Shown here: piece by piece, positions 1 through 12,459 of the stretch
Position numbering within the stretch: the first letter of the stretch is position 1
Layout of the letters: every line of letters begins with the position of its first letter
Assembly (NCBI RefSeq): GCF_036588685.1
Contig: NC_086381.1
Coordinates: 12,896,001-12,960,000 of the forward strand
From: Mytilus trossulus
Taxonomy: Eukaryota
DNA: 64,000 bases
Direction of reading: 5' to 3'
Position numbers and translations under genes: made by a program
Notes under the pieces: generated by a model
The model's database searches: none
The model's input: the letters and a program-made list of their open reading frames with translations, nothing else
What the model was told of the DNA's origin: nothing

Positions 1-504
1 ATTTGATAAACCTGCAACTGGTCGAAGCCTGTACTTATTTTGATAAGGATGAACATGAAAGCTTTTTTTTTATTCAACACTTTGCCTCGAAAGTTAAAAA
101 AACAACAACTAAAACATCTCTAAATAAGTTTGAATGATTCAGCTCTGAGAATCGGTCAAGTGCAATTCATGCAGACTGACAGTTTTTAGCCAACAATATG
201 TATATGCAACGTTTAAACCAAAATGATATCCATCAAACAAAAAATTACAGCAAAACAGCATCTTTCATGAGTAATTTGAGATTGAACGATAACCAACATT
301 TTGTGCAACAGTACTTTCTTAAGTTGTGTATATACAACGCATATGTGGATTGATTTAACTATATACTACAGACTATAGAATACCAGATCACAAATGCTGT
401 AATGTCTCATCCGCTTTACTTATGATAGTTAATTTTATGGAACGTCTATAATATTAAGGGTTTTACTAGAAGTGTCAAATACGGTGAATGCGCTTAATCT
501 ATTT

Positions 505-1412
505 TTGTCCATCTGATGAAATTATCCTTTTCAATTGATTTTTATAGTTCGTTCTTATGTTGTACAGTTATACCACTGTCTCAGGTTAGGAGGAGGGTTG
601 GGATCCCGCTAACATGTCTAACCCCGCCACATTATTAATGTATGTGCCTGTCCAAAGTCAGGAGCCTGTAATTCAGTGGTTGGTGTTTGTTTATTTGTTA
701 CATATTTGGTTTTCGTTCATTTTTATGCCCCACCTACGATAGTAGAGGGGCATTTTGTTTTCTGGTCTGTGGCTCTGTTCGTTCGTCTGTGCGTCCGTTC
801 GTCTGTGCGTCCGTTCGTCTGTGCGTCCGTTCGTTCAGGTTAAAGTTTTTAGTCAAGGTAGTTTTTGATGAAGCTGAAGTCCAATCAACTTGAAACTTAG
901 TACACTTGTTGCTTATGATATGATCTTTCTAATCTTAAAGCCAAATTAGACTTTTGACTTCAATTTCACGGTCCACTGAACATAGAAAATGAAAGTGGAA
1001 GTTTCAGGTTAAAGTTTTTGGTCAAGGTAGTATTTGATGAAATTGAAATCCAATCAACTTGAAACTTAGTACACATGTTCCCTATAGTATAATCTTTCTA
1101 ATTTTAATGCCAAATTAGAGAATTTATTCCAATTTAACGGTCCATGGAACATGCAAAAGGATAGTGCGGATAGTGCGAGTGGGGCATCCGTGTCCTTTGG
1201 ACACATTCTTGTTTTTATACAAATAAGGCCGTAAGTTTTCTCGTTTAAATTCTTTTACATTGTCAATATGAGTGGCTTTCATAGCTGACTATGCGGTATC
1301 GGCTTTGCTCGTTGTTGAAGGCCGTACGGTGACCTATAGTTGTTAATGTCTGTGTTACTTTGGTCTTTTATGGATAGTTGTCTCTTTGGCAATCATACCA
1401 CATCCTTTTTTT
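505..1412 (+). mobile_element. SINE-like interspersed repeat carried inside the transposon (interrupted by a HINE-like element)
   Basis: Shares the motifs AACCCCGCCAC, AAGTCAGGAGCCTGTAA, GGCCGTACGGTGACCTATAG and GGCAATCATACCACATC+T-tail with dispersed copies at about 17050-17560 and 58252-58616. Confidence 0.7.
722..1211 (+). mobile_element. Helentron-associated (HINE / Pearl / DINE-1-like) non-autonomous element
   Basis: Inserted in a T-run. It has a subterminal inverted pair ATGCCCC...GGGGCAT, a (GTTCGTCTGTGCGTCC)x3 microsatellite, two 169-bp core repeats (836 and 1005), and a 3' hairpin GTGTCC-TTT-GGACAC. Confidence 0.7.
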
Positions 1413-3329
1413 AAATTATGATTTTCAATGGTTCATAAAAAGAGTGCAAGGTCAGATGAACCATGACATACAGATCTCTACAAATATCCCGTAGACCAAA
1501 TAAATATGTTCCGATCCTTACAGTGCCTTAGAAACTGACAAATATAAAAGTTATGCTTGGCCAATTAATTCGAAACATAAGGTCAAAAGTATATGAACCC
1601 TGACCGACAGCCAAACATAGACATCTTACTATCATTCAATATATCAAATACAATTGACGTCATCATGGTCATATATGAAACATGCAACCAGACATGTACA
1701 CCATACACGAAATACCATGGCGCTATAGCATACAGGTATATAGCCAAAAGGCTAGACAACATAAAACGAACATTGCCGAATTATGAATGATAATGGGTTC
1801 AATGTTAGTTGAAACCTTGCAGAAGTCGAAAATGTACACCTCACAATCATAACAACAAACAGTAATCCTAAAGCTTAACGAATCCGCGATACGGACTTGA
1901 CCACAACAATGAATCTTCACCCATGAAATAAGGCAAATTCGGGGTCAGGTGAATCCTGTCTGACGGACATGTAGTTTATAGGATCCAATATACAAAATGT
2001 GGGTATCCTATAACTCGTGATAAATGAGTACTTCACATGACAATAAAAAGCTTCATCCTACAATCATCCAATTATTTTACATTTCATTTTCTGAAAATAT
2101 TAATACTTTGAAAAGCTTAAACCTATTGAGGATGTTGACCTATAATACATAGCTTTTCTCAATACCAATAACACATATTAACTATGATATAATTGAAGAA
2201 TAATTTGAACGTCTTCGTAGCATCAGATCTTTCACGATTCTTTTCACGATCTTCAAAAATACGGTACGTGATCTTTCACGATCCAAAACATCCATTTTTA
2301 TGTAAATAGTGTTTTATTTACCAAGTTTCAGATTAGGTTTATACAAAATAACTATAAGAACCATTTGATTAATTTAAAAAGAATGCCCTTATTCGTATTA
2401 AATTAGGTTTTCTAGTCGAATTTGTGAAAAAAATCATGTTTGTTTACATTTTGTATGTCATTGAAATGTCGAGAAGCAATCTGCTTTTTGTTGTTTTGTA
2501 ATAACTATGTACTTTTAAAACTGGATATTCTCACATACTGATCATTATGTTGAACCATTTTGACAGACAGTTTTATTTTGTCGTAAATTTGTCTGTGTAA
2601 TTAATGAAATTAGAATATGTATTGACCTTTCATATGTCTTCTCGATTAAATGTCTTTCACGATCCGTTACCAGAACTTTCACGATCGTCGCTCAATACTT
2701 GACCGCCGTTAGATATTCTTTCACGCTCATTTCTCTCGATAAACCGAATGACACCCGTGACAACGGACCTGTTCAATTTGTCTAACTAAAATCCTGTTTT
2801 CTATTCCATAAATTTGAACTACCAAATTAGACTTATCACAGAGTTTGTACTAACATGAAATTAGGATCTGCCTACCATTCCGGAGCACAATTTTGTTGGG
2901 TTTGTGTTGCTCAGTCTTTAGTTTTTAATGTTGAAATTGGTGTACTTTTGTTTTTCTGTTGAAATTTTTATTTTAAGCCATTGCGTATCAATGTATTTGT
3001 CTTGTGAGTTTGAATATAACTTCGATATCTTTCGCCTCTCTTTAGTAAGCACTCTTTTCTATTCCCACATAGTTTGGTGATAAACTGAACTTTGTGCTTG
3101 TGTCATTTAAGAATTGAATGCTTTTTGTAAATTTATTTGGGAGTTAAAACGTTGACCGAGGTACATTTTGTACGAAACTTAGAGGCGCGTCATCTAAAAA
3201 TGAACGATTTTAGAACCAGATGAAATTACAAAAAGAAGCATTGAATACTTATAATTAAAATGTTTAGCTGAGCTCTATCCAGTTTTTCCTTTAATTTACC
3301 TGTGCACTTTATAATGGGAGCTGAGTCAT

Positions 3330-5660
3330 CATGAATGTCACAGTTCATTGTGTAATGAATGTCATTGTGCAATGAATGTCATTGTGTTATGCATGTCATT
3401 GTGTAATGAATGTCACTGTGTAATGAATGTCATTGTGTAATGCATGTCATTGTATAATGAAAAGTAAAAACACAAAAATATTGAACTCCGAGGAAAATCC
3501 AAAAAGGAAAATCAAAAATCAATAGTCCAAATAAAAAGTCCAAACACATCAAACGAATGGATAACAATTGTCATATTCCTGACTTGGTACAGGCATTTTC
3601 TAATGTAGAAAATGGTGGATTGAACCTGGTTTTATAGCTAGAATGTCATAGTGTAATGAATGTCATTGTGCAGTGAATATCATTGTGTTATGCATGTCAT
3701 TGTGTAATGAGTGTCATTGTGTAATGAATGTCATAGTGTAATGAATGTTATTGTGTAATGAATGTCATAGTGTAATGCATGTTATTGTGTAATGATATTA
3801 CAGATCAGTGTGCAATGAATGTCATTGTGTAATGAATGTCATTGTGTTATGAATGTCATTGTGTAATGAATGTCATTGTGTTATGAATGTCATAGTGTAA
3901 TGCATGTTATTGTGTAATGATATTACAGATCAGTGTGCAATGAATGTCATTGTGTAATGAATGTCATTGTGTTATGAATGTCATTGTGTAATGAATGTCA
4001 TTGTGTTATGAATGTCATTGTATAATGCATGTCATTGTGTAATGATATTACAGATCAGTGTGTAATGCATGTCATTGTGTAAGGCATGTCATTGTACAAT
4101 GCATGTCATTGTATAATGCATGTCATTGTGTAATGATATTACAGATCATTGTGTTATGAATGTCATTGTGTTATGATATTACAGATCAGTGTGTAATGAA
4201 TGTCATTGTGTAATGAATGTCATTGTGTAATGAATGTCATTGGGTAATGCATGTCATTGTGTAATGAATGTCATTGTATAATGCATGTCATTGTGTAATG
4301 AATGTCATTGTGTAATGAATGTCATTGTGTAATGAATGTCATTGTGTAATGAATGTCATTGTGTAATGAATGTCATTGTGTAATGATATTACAGATCAGT
4401 GTGTAATGAATGTCATTGTGTAATGAATGTCATTGTGTAATGAATGTCATTGTGTAATGCATGTCATTGTATAATGAATGTCATTGTGTAATGATATTAC
4501 AGATCAGTGTGTTATGAATGTCATTGTGTAATGCATGTCATTGTGTAATGAATGTCATTGTGTAATGAATGTCATTGTGTAATGAATGTCATTGTGTTAT
4601 GAATGTCATTGTGTAATGAATGTCATTGTGTAATGATATTACAGATCAGTGTGTAATGAATGTCATTGTGTTATGAATGTCATTGTGTAATGAATGTCAT
4701 TGTGTAATGATATTACAGATCATTGTGTAATGAATGTCATTGTGTAATGAATGTCATTGTGTTATGAATGTCATTGTATAATGAATGTCATTGTGTAATG
4801 ATATTACAGATCAGTGTGTAATGCATGTCATTGTGTAATGAATGTCATTGTGTAATGAATGTCATTGTGTAATGAATGTCATTGTGTTATGAATGTCATT
4901 GTGTAATGAATGTCATTGAACGTAATGATATTACAGATCAGTGTGTAATGCATGTCATTGTGTAATGAATGTCATTGTGTAATGAATGTCATTGGGTAAT
5001 GCATGTCATTGTGTAATGAATGTCATTGTATAATGCATGTCATTGTGTAATGATATTACAGATCAGTGTGTAATGAATGTCATTGTGTTATGAATGTCAT
5101 TGTATAATGCATGTCATTGTGTAATGATATTACAGATCAGTGTGTAATGCATGTCATTGTGTAAGGCATGTCATTGTACAATGCATGTCATTGTACAATG
5201 CATGTCATTGTACAATGCATGTCATTGTGTAATGATATTACAGATCAGTGTGTAATGAATGTCATTGTGTTATGAATGTCATTGTATAATGCATGTCATT
5301 GTGTAATGATATTACAGATCAGTGTGTAATGCGTGTCATTGTGTAAGGCATGTCATTGTACAATGCATGTCATTGTACAATGCATGTCATTGTGTAATGA
5401 TATTACAGATCATTGTGTAGTGAATGTCATGGTGTAATGATATTACAGATCAGTGTGTAATGAATGTCATTGTGTAATGCATGCCATTGTGTAATGAATG
5501 TCATTGCACGTAATGATATTACAGATCAGTGTGTACTGAATGTCATTGTGTAATGAATGTCATTGTGTAATGAATGTCATTGTACGTAATGATATTACAG
5601 ATCAGTGTGTAATGAATATTACAGATCATTTTGTAATGAATATTACAGATCATTGTGTAA
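3330..5660. repeat. Minisatellite of 17-bp units (GTGTAATGAATGTCATT) interspersed with a 23-bp variant (TGTAATGATATTACAGATCAGTG)
   Basis: Directly visible tandem array, interrupted at about 3460-3640 by an interspersed-repeat fragment. Confidence 0.97.
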
Positions 5661-6206
5661 TGAGTATAAGGAATGTGTTACATACATGCAATGTAATTAT
5701 AGTGAATTAGAACCAATAAATATCTGAAGTTTTGACTTGAATGTGAGTCAAAATTATTTTCTATCCTTATAGCCTTCGGTGAAATTAGTGAACGTGTTGT
5801 CAATTAAAATTGAGAATGGAAATGGGGAATGTGTCAAAGAGAACCTAACCATAGAAAAAACAACAGCCGAATGTCACCAACATGTCTTCAATGTAGCGAG
5901 AAATTCCTGCACCCGGAGGCGTCCTTCAGCTGGCTAAATTAGAACAGTTAAATATCTGAAAATGTATACAGTAACAAATTGTTCTTTGGTTGTCGTTTGT
6001 TGATGTGGTTCATAAGTGTATCTCATTTCTGGTTTTTATATAAATTATACCGTTGGTTTTCCTGTTGTCTTTTTTACACTATTGATTTTGGGTTTTATAG
6101 CTTACTTCGGTGTGTTTATTTCTTTGAAAACTATAATAAAATCATGGCCAACAGGACCCATCTTCCAAGGAATTCCATACAATGAAATTTCACCTGACTT
6201 CATGTA

Positions 6207-9200
6207 CACGGGTGTCATTCGGTTTATCGAGAGAAATGAGCGTGAAAGAATATCTAACGGCGGTCAAGTATTGAGCGACGATCGTGAAAGTTCTGGTAAC
6301 GGATCGTGAAAGACATTTAATCGAGAAGACATATGAAAGGTCAATACATATTCTAATTTCATTAATTACACAGACAAATTTACGACAAAATAAAACTGTC
6401 TGTCAAAATGGTTCAACATAATGATCAGTATGTGAGAATATCCAGTTTTAAAAGTACATAGTTATTACAAAACAACAAAAGGCAGATTGCTTTTCGACAT
6501 TTCAATGACATACAAAATGTAAACAAACATGATTTTTTTCACAAATTCGACTAGAAAACCTAATTTAATACGAATAAGGGCATTCTTTTTAAATTAATCA
6601 AATGGTTCTTATAGTTATTTTGTATAAACCTAATCTGAAACTTGGTAAATAAAACACTATTTACATAAAAATGGATGTTTTGGATCGTGAAAGATCACGT
6701 ACCGTATTTTTGAAGATCGTGAAAAGAATCGTGAAAGATCTGATGCTACGAAGACGTTCAAATTATTCTTCAATTATATCATAGTTAATATGTGTTATTG
6801 GTATTGAGAAAAGCTATGTATTATAGGTCAACATCCTCAATAGGTTTAAGCTTTTCAAAGTATTAATATTTTCAGAAAATGAAATGTAAAATAATTGGAT
6901 GATTGTAGGATGAAGCTTTTTATTGTCATGTGAAGTACTCACTTATCACGAGTTATAGGATACCCACATTTTGTATATTGGATCCTATAAACTACATGTC
7001 CGTCAGACAGGATTCACCTGACCCCGAATTTGCCTTATTTCATGGGTGAAGATTCATTGTTGTGGTCAAGTCCGTATCGCGGATTCGTTAAGCTTTAGGA
7101 TTACTGTTTGTTGTTATGATTGTGAGGTGTACATTTTCGACTTCTGCAAGGTTTCAACTAACATTGAACCCATTATCATTCATAATTCGGCAATGTTCGT
7201 TTTATGTTGTCTAGCCTTTTGGCTATATACCTGTATGCTATAGCGCCATGGTATTTCGTGTATGGTGTACATGTCTGGTTGCATGTTTCATATATGACCA
7301 TGATGACGTCAATTGTATTTGATATATTGAATGATAGTAAGATGTCTATGTTTGGCTGTCGGTCAGGGTTCATATACTTTTGACCTTATGTTTCGAATTA
7401 ATTGGCCAAGCATAACTTTTATATTTGTCAGTTTCTAAGGCACTGTAAGGATCGGAACACATTTATTTGGTCTACGGGATATTTGTAGAGATCTGTATGT
7501 CATGGTTCATCTGACCTTGCACTCTTTTTATGAACCATTGACAATCATAATTTAAAAAAAGGATATGGTATGATTGCCAAAGAGACAACTATCCATAAAA
7601 GACCAAAGTAACACAGACATTAACAACTATAGGTCACCGTACGGCCTTCAACAACGAGCAAAGCCGATACCGCATAGTCAGCTATGAAAGCCACTCATAT
7701 TGACAATGTAAAAGAATTTAAACGAGAAAACTTACGGCCTTATTTGTATAAAAACAAGAATGTGTCCAAAGGACACGGATGCCCCACTCGCACTATCCGC
7801 ACTATCCTTTTGCATGTTCCATGGACCGTTAAATTGGAATAAATTCTCTAATTTGGCATTAAAATTAGAAAGATTATACTATAGGGAACATGTGTACTAA
7901 GTTTCAAGTTGATTGGATTTCAATTTCATCAAATACTACCTTGACCAAAAACTTTAACCTGAAACTTCCACTTTCATTTTCTATGTTCAGTGGACCGTGA
8001 AATTGAAGTCAAAAGTCTAATTTGGCTTTAAGATTAGAAAGATCATATCATAAGCAACAAGTGTACTAAGTTTCAAGTTGATTGGACTTCAGCTTCATCA
8101 AAAACTACCTTGACTAAAAACTTTAACCTGAACGAACGGACGCACAGACGAACGGACGCACAGACGAACGAACAGAGCCACAGACCAGAAAACAAAATGC
8201 CCCTCTACTATCGTAGGTGGGGCATAAAAATGAACGAAAACCAAATATGTAACAAATAAACAAACACCAACCACTGAATTACAGGCTCCTGACTTTGGAC
8301 AGGCACATACATTAATAATGTGGCGGGGTTAGACATGTTAGCGGGATCCCAACCCTCCTCCTAACCTGAGACAGTGGTATAACTGTACAACATAAGAACG
8401 AACTATAAAAATCAATTGAAAAGGATAATTTCATCAGATGGACAAAAATAGATTAAGCGCATTCACCGTATTTGACACTTCTAGTAAAACCCTTAATATT
8501 ATAGACGTTCCATAAAATTAACTATCATAAGTAAAGCGGATGAGACATTACAGCATTTGTTATCTGGTATTCTATAGTCTGTAGTATATAGTTAAATCAA
8601 TCCACATATGCGTTGTATATACACAACTTAAGAAAGTACTGTTGCACAAAATGTTGGTTATCGTTCAATCTCAAATTACTCATGAAAGATGCTGTTTTGC
8701 TGTAATTTTTTGTTTGATGGATATCATTTTGGTTTAAACGTTGCATATACATATTGTTGGCTAAAAACTGTCAGTCTGCCTGAATTTCACTTGACCGATT
8801 CTCAGAGCTGAATCATTCAAACTTATTTAGAGATGTTTTAGTTGTTGTTTTTTTAACTTTCGAGGCAAAGTGTTGAATAAAAAAAAAGCTTTCATGTTCA
8901 TCCTTATCAAAATAAGTACAGGCTTCGACCAGTTGCAGGTTTATCAAATGGTAAAAGATATACTGATTTCTGATTACTAGTAATGTCTGGTCACGCATTT
9001 TCTTTCACGATCAAAATAATGCGTTGTCTGATCTCTCACGATCAAGTTTGATGGATATTCAACAAATTCAAGGTTTTCATATACAAATTAATGCTTTCAA
9101 GAGAAGAACATACCTTAATTTTATTGTACTATCAGATACACCAAAGATTAAATTTCAAATATGTCACGATGAACTGAAACATGACCATTATAGTAACAAA

Positions 9201-9517
9201 AAGCGTGTTATTTGTAATTAATTTTATAGACATGCATTGCGCCTTTTGTGTTTTTTCATAAAGTACTGCATATTTTGTCTTTCTTATTTCACAGTTATGT
9301 TGAGGAAGTTAAACCATTTTGACAGACATATTTTTTTGTTCGGATTTGTTCCGCGTTTTGAAAATTAAGAGATTATTTCAAAGATTCCGACCTAGAATTA
9401 TCATTAAATGTCTTTCACGATGCGTTACCAGAGCTTTCACGATCGTCGCTCAATACTTGACCGCCGTTAGATATTCTTTCACGCTCATTTCTCTCGATAA
9501 ACCGAATGACACCCGTG
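6207..9517 (+). mobile_element. Complete non-autonomous TIR DNA transposon, copy 2 (3311 bp; CAC termini and 5-bp TSD; Transib/RAG-like, CMC group)
   Basis: 115-bp TIRs (6207-6321 and 9403-9517, 2 mismatches) begin CACGGGTGTC. ATGTA is duplicated at 6202-6206 and 9518-9522. A subterminal TTTCACGAT(C) motif is reiterated. No transposase ORF. Confidence 0.88.
7755..8229 (-). mobile_element. HINE/Helentron-like element nested in transposon copy 2
   Basis: Mirror of 722-1211 with one fewer 16-bp microsatellite unit. Confidence 0.7.
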
Positions 9518-10093
9518 ATGTATGTTTAGGTTATTAAATATCCTGAAATGATTTGACCATTTTTGTATTAAAATGTTTTCCAAGTTGATATAAATTAAAC
9601 CTGGTAAAACCGTTACTTAGTTAGTGTAAGATGGATTCTCATGTGAATATATAGTGCATTTCACCCTGAACAGTATTTTATTCTCTCTTTTTTTTTTTTT
9701 TTTTTTTTTTTTAGGTTTGATAGAGTATCGTGAACTATGGATTTGCTTATTACGCTAAAATCAATATACGATATGTTGTCAATTCCGTCTCTTTCACAAT
9801 CAATTTATGACTTTGGCATTGCCCACAAACAAGCGTTTTGTATACAACTAGTTACAATAGTGTTTATCATAAGTGTTCTCTTCGAAGGACATGACATTCG
9901 CAATTTTGCAGGATAATTTTCAAATTAGCTTGTAGTGTGTCTGGTTGGCATTTGGGAATCTTACGAGTATGCTGATTAAGTACAGCGTGTGTCAACACAA
10001 AAACAGCACTCACACGAAGCAAAACCGGTGTCAGACACTTCATTCTGTACAATAAGATTTATAGGACTTTCCTTGTTGCCTGAAAGCTATTAA

Positions 10094-10648
10094 GGGCTAA
10101 CGATACAATTTTGATCCCATACTTAAATTTTGCTAACAATTTGCTTATGGCTATGTTTTGCCTGATTAAATCAAATTTGTATTAAAAAATATACCCTCAT
10201 GTGCTACTTTTTGAGTAAAATGAGCTCGATATTTTTTATATTTGCTCAAATTGGAATTAGTGGACCGGCGTATTTTTCCTTTCAACAAAAATGCGTATCT
10301 CTTTTGTTTTAAAAGATAAACACAAGCTGTTTTTTGTTAAATCTTTTGAAAATTCTGTTTTATACATAATCATTCAAATTTGTGCATTTGTTTTTTTTAA
10401 ATAACTCATATTTATCAAATGTTCATGAATGTAGAAAAAAAACATATTTTTTTGCTGTATGTTTATCAAATATTAAAAAAAAATGCACTATTGATGTTTT
10501 CATGAAAATTTGTACATCTTCTTACGTTATCAAACCAAATGACATTTAAAAAAAGAGGGGTCCATGAACTCATTTTTAAGTTAAATAAGTTTGAATGATA
10601 AAAATCAGTCGAAAATAATTACCTCCCATGTAACTGTATCGTATGCCC
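10094..10648. mobile_element. Kolobok-type MITE with TTAA TSD
   Basis: TTAA|GGGCTAACGATACA ... TGTATCGTATGCCC|TTAA. Confidence 0.75.
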
Positions 10649-10704
10649 TTAAAGGATGTTCGGGAAAGATCTGAGTTTGTTTGGGACATATTTAACATAC
10701 TTAC

Positions 10705-10875
10705 GTATACATATAGGTGGTGGGAGACTCCATTTGTCGCCTGAACAGATGATAATTTTTGTTCCAAATAACTTGTATTTACGAAAGCATCTGAACTTTG
10801 CAATTCTGCCTCTTGCTCGCAGTCTTACTCGACCATGTGCTGGATTTTCTAAGGTTGCACAATTTTGGCCAAAAA
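10705..10875 (-). CDS. Paralog A coding exon 2: Sushi/CCP domain 1
   Basis: 171-bp phase-1/phase-1 exon with cag acceptor and gtaagt donor. Translation [57 protein letters not shown] shows the CCP C..C..C..W....P.C pattern. Confidence 0.9.
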
Positions 10876-11769
10876 CTGAAAATAAAAATATGAATATTGG
10901 TAAACGGAGATTGGTCAAATATATAAAAAGTACATTGACCTTGAAATAGCCCAGAAGACAACTATGCTGTCACTAGTAATGACAAAGAAAAAGCATGGAA
11001 TATCAGCTTAGTTTAATTTATTCGTATTTAAATAAGCATTAAATTTCATAAGAATCAACGTATAAATATAAATTAAGCACATAGTCTCCCATACTTCTGC
11101 AAGGGTAGTATATACAGGTTTCATAAATACGGCCCTACTTTTGGTGACAATTTTTGTATGCTTTTTTTATAAGAAATGATTCAATTGAGAAAACAAACGA
11201 CTTATTTATAACAAAACAATTAACCAAAAAAAATATGACATACATGAACCAGGGACAACCACAGAACTACATGCTCTTGACTTGATACGGACACATATAG
11301 ATGGTGATGGGATTAACCATGTTCGTCAGCGCCCCTTCAAAATTCCACTCCCTAACCTGGGACTTTGGTGTTATAACGACATATGATTATATAAAAAAAT
11401 CAATTGAATAGACTGATCTCTTCAGATCGATACTAAGTAAACAAAAACCAGACCGGACGTGGCATAGTACTTATACATTCCTAACAATAAAACAGACACA
11501 CAGTACAAATCTACGAGTACTCTCAGTTACATACTGCTAGTTATTGCTTTGAAAATACCGTTTACTGTTATGTATCCATGGCACGTAAAATGAAGTAGGC
11601 GTTCAAGAAATAAGAGTATTAGGTATCTGCAACCTATTTATTTCATTGATTTCAAAGTAAAGGTTATATGCAAAACGCAGCATAGCAATAACATGAGACC
11701 TCGATGTTAGGAAATTCCAGATGCAAAGTAATTTACGTAAGTTATAAAAAAAGACATATACTTAATTAA

Positions 11770-12455
11770 AGGGGCCCTAGCTACGGAATATATAAATAAT
11801 ATTAAGTAATTTTTTTTTTTGTTAAATCTATAATGAAAGTGAAATAGTGAAATAATAATTCGCTTTTAGCAGCCAAAATGGTTTAATTTTGTCAAATTAA
11901 GCGAAGAAACATTCATAATTACTGATTCACTTGCAAGTGAATTTTAGTCGACCTCATTTAATCCGTATTAATGTGAACTTCAATTTAACCACTAGCTAGA
12001 GATTGACAACGCATGCATTATACGTGTACAGGTTACTTAAAGAAAAAGAATGTCAACAATGAAAGTGAAACTACGGTAAATCATTTGATAACTGATTCGA
12101 TCTACATAAAAATCATGCTTATACGGTTAAAACAATGATAAACATACATTTTTAATCTATAAGGTAAAATCAAACAGACCTATAAAAATCCAATTGCACG
12201 TGTTGGTTTAATCTATTCATATCGTTATTTATGTTTACATCGCTTATATGGTCATCCGAGGTCAAATCAATAGTTATTTAGATGGCGTCTGGACTAACAT
12301 ACACACGAAACGAACCTACATATTATCTACACCATGCTCTGTATACTGTTTATTTTAGACTTTTGGTAGTTTGGATAAATGTTTTACATTGTTATAAATC
12401 AAATATGAGAATTTAAGTCAAATCGGTGACCATGAATTTGACAGCTAGTGCCCCT
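11770..12455 (+). mobile_element. Kolobok-type MITE with TTAA TSD
   Basis: TTAA|AGGGGCCCTAGCT ... AGCTAGTGCCCCT|TTAA. Confidence 0.8.
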
Positions 12456-12459
12456 TTAA

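Larger units (their letters stand above)
1..2759 (-). mobile_element. Non-autonomous TIR DNA transposon, copy 1 (inverted relative to copy 2, truncated by the window start)
   Basis: 1..2759 is the reverse complement of 6207..8949, with roughly ten substitutions seen by eye plus one 16-bp microsatellite-unit indel. It ends in ...GACACCCGTG at 2759. Confidence 0.9.

Noticed and set aside
1593-1920. Duplicated 65-aa ORFs (also at 7046-7373) as genes
   Set aside because: They are identical only because they lie in the inverted repeat, and they have no recognisable domains.
3330-5660. CRISPR array or coding repeat
   Set aside because: No spacers; the unit lengths are not multiples of 3 and are rich in stop codons.
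1-8949. Inverted repeat as a pure assembly artefact
   Set aside because: The arms differ by several substitutions and an indel, end exactly at the element TIR, and copy 2 has its own TSD. A haplotype mis-join is still not formally excluded.
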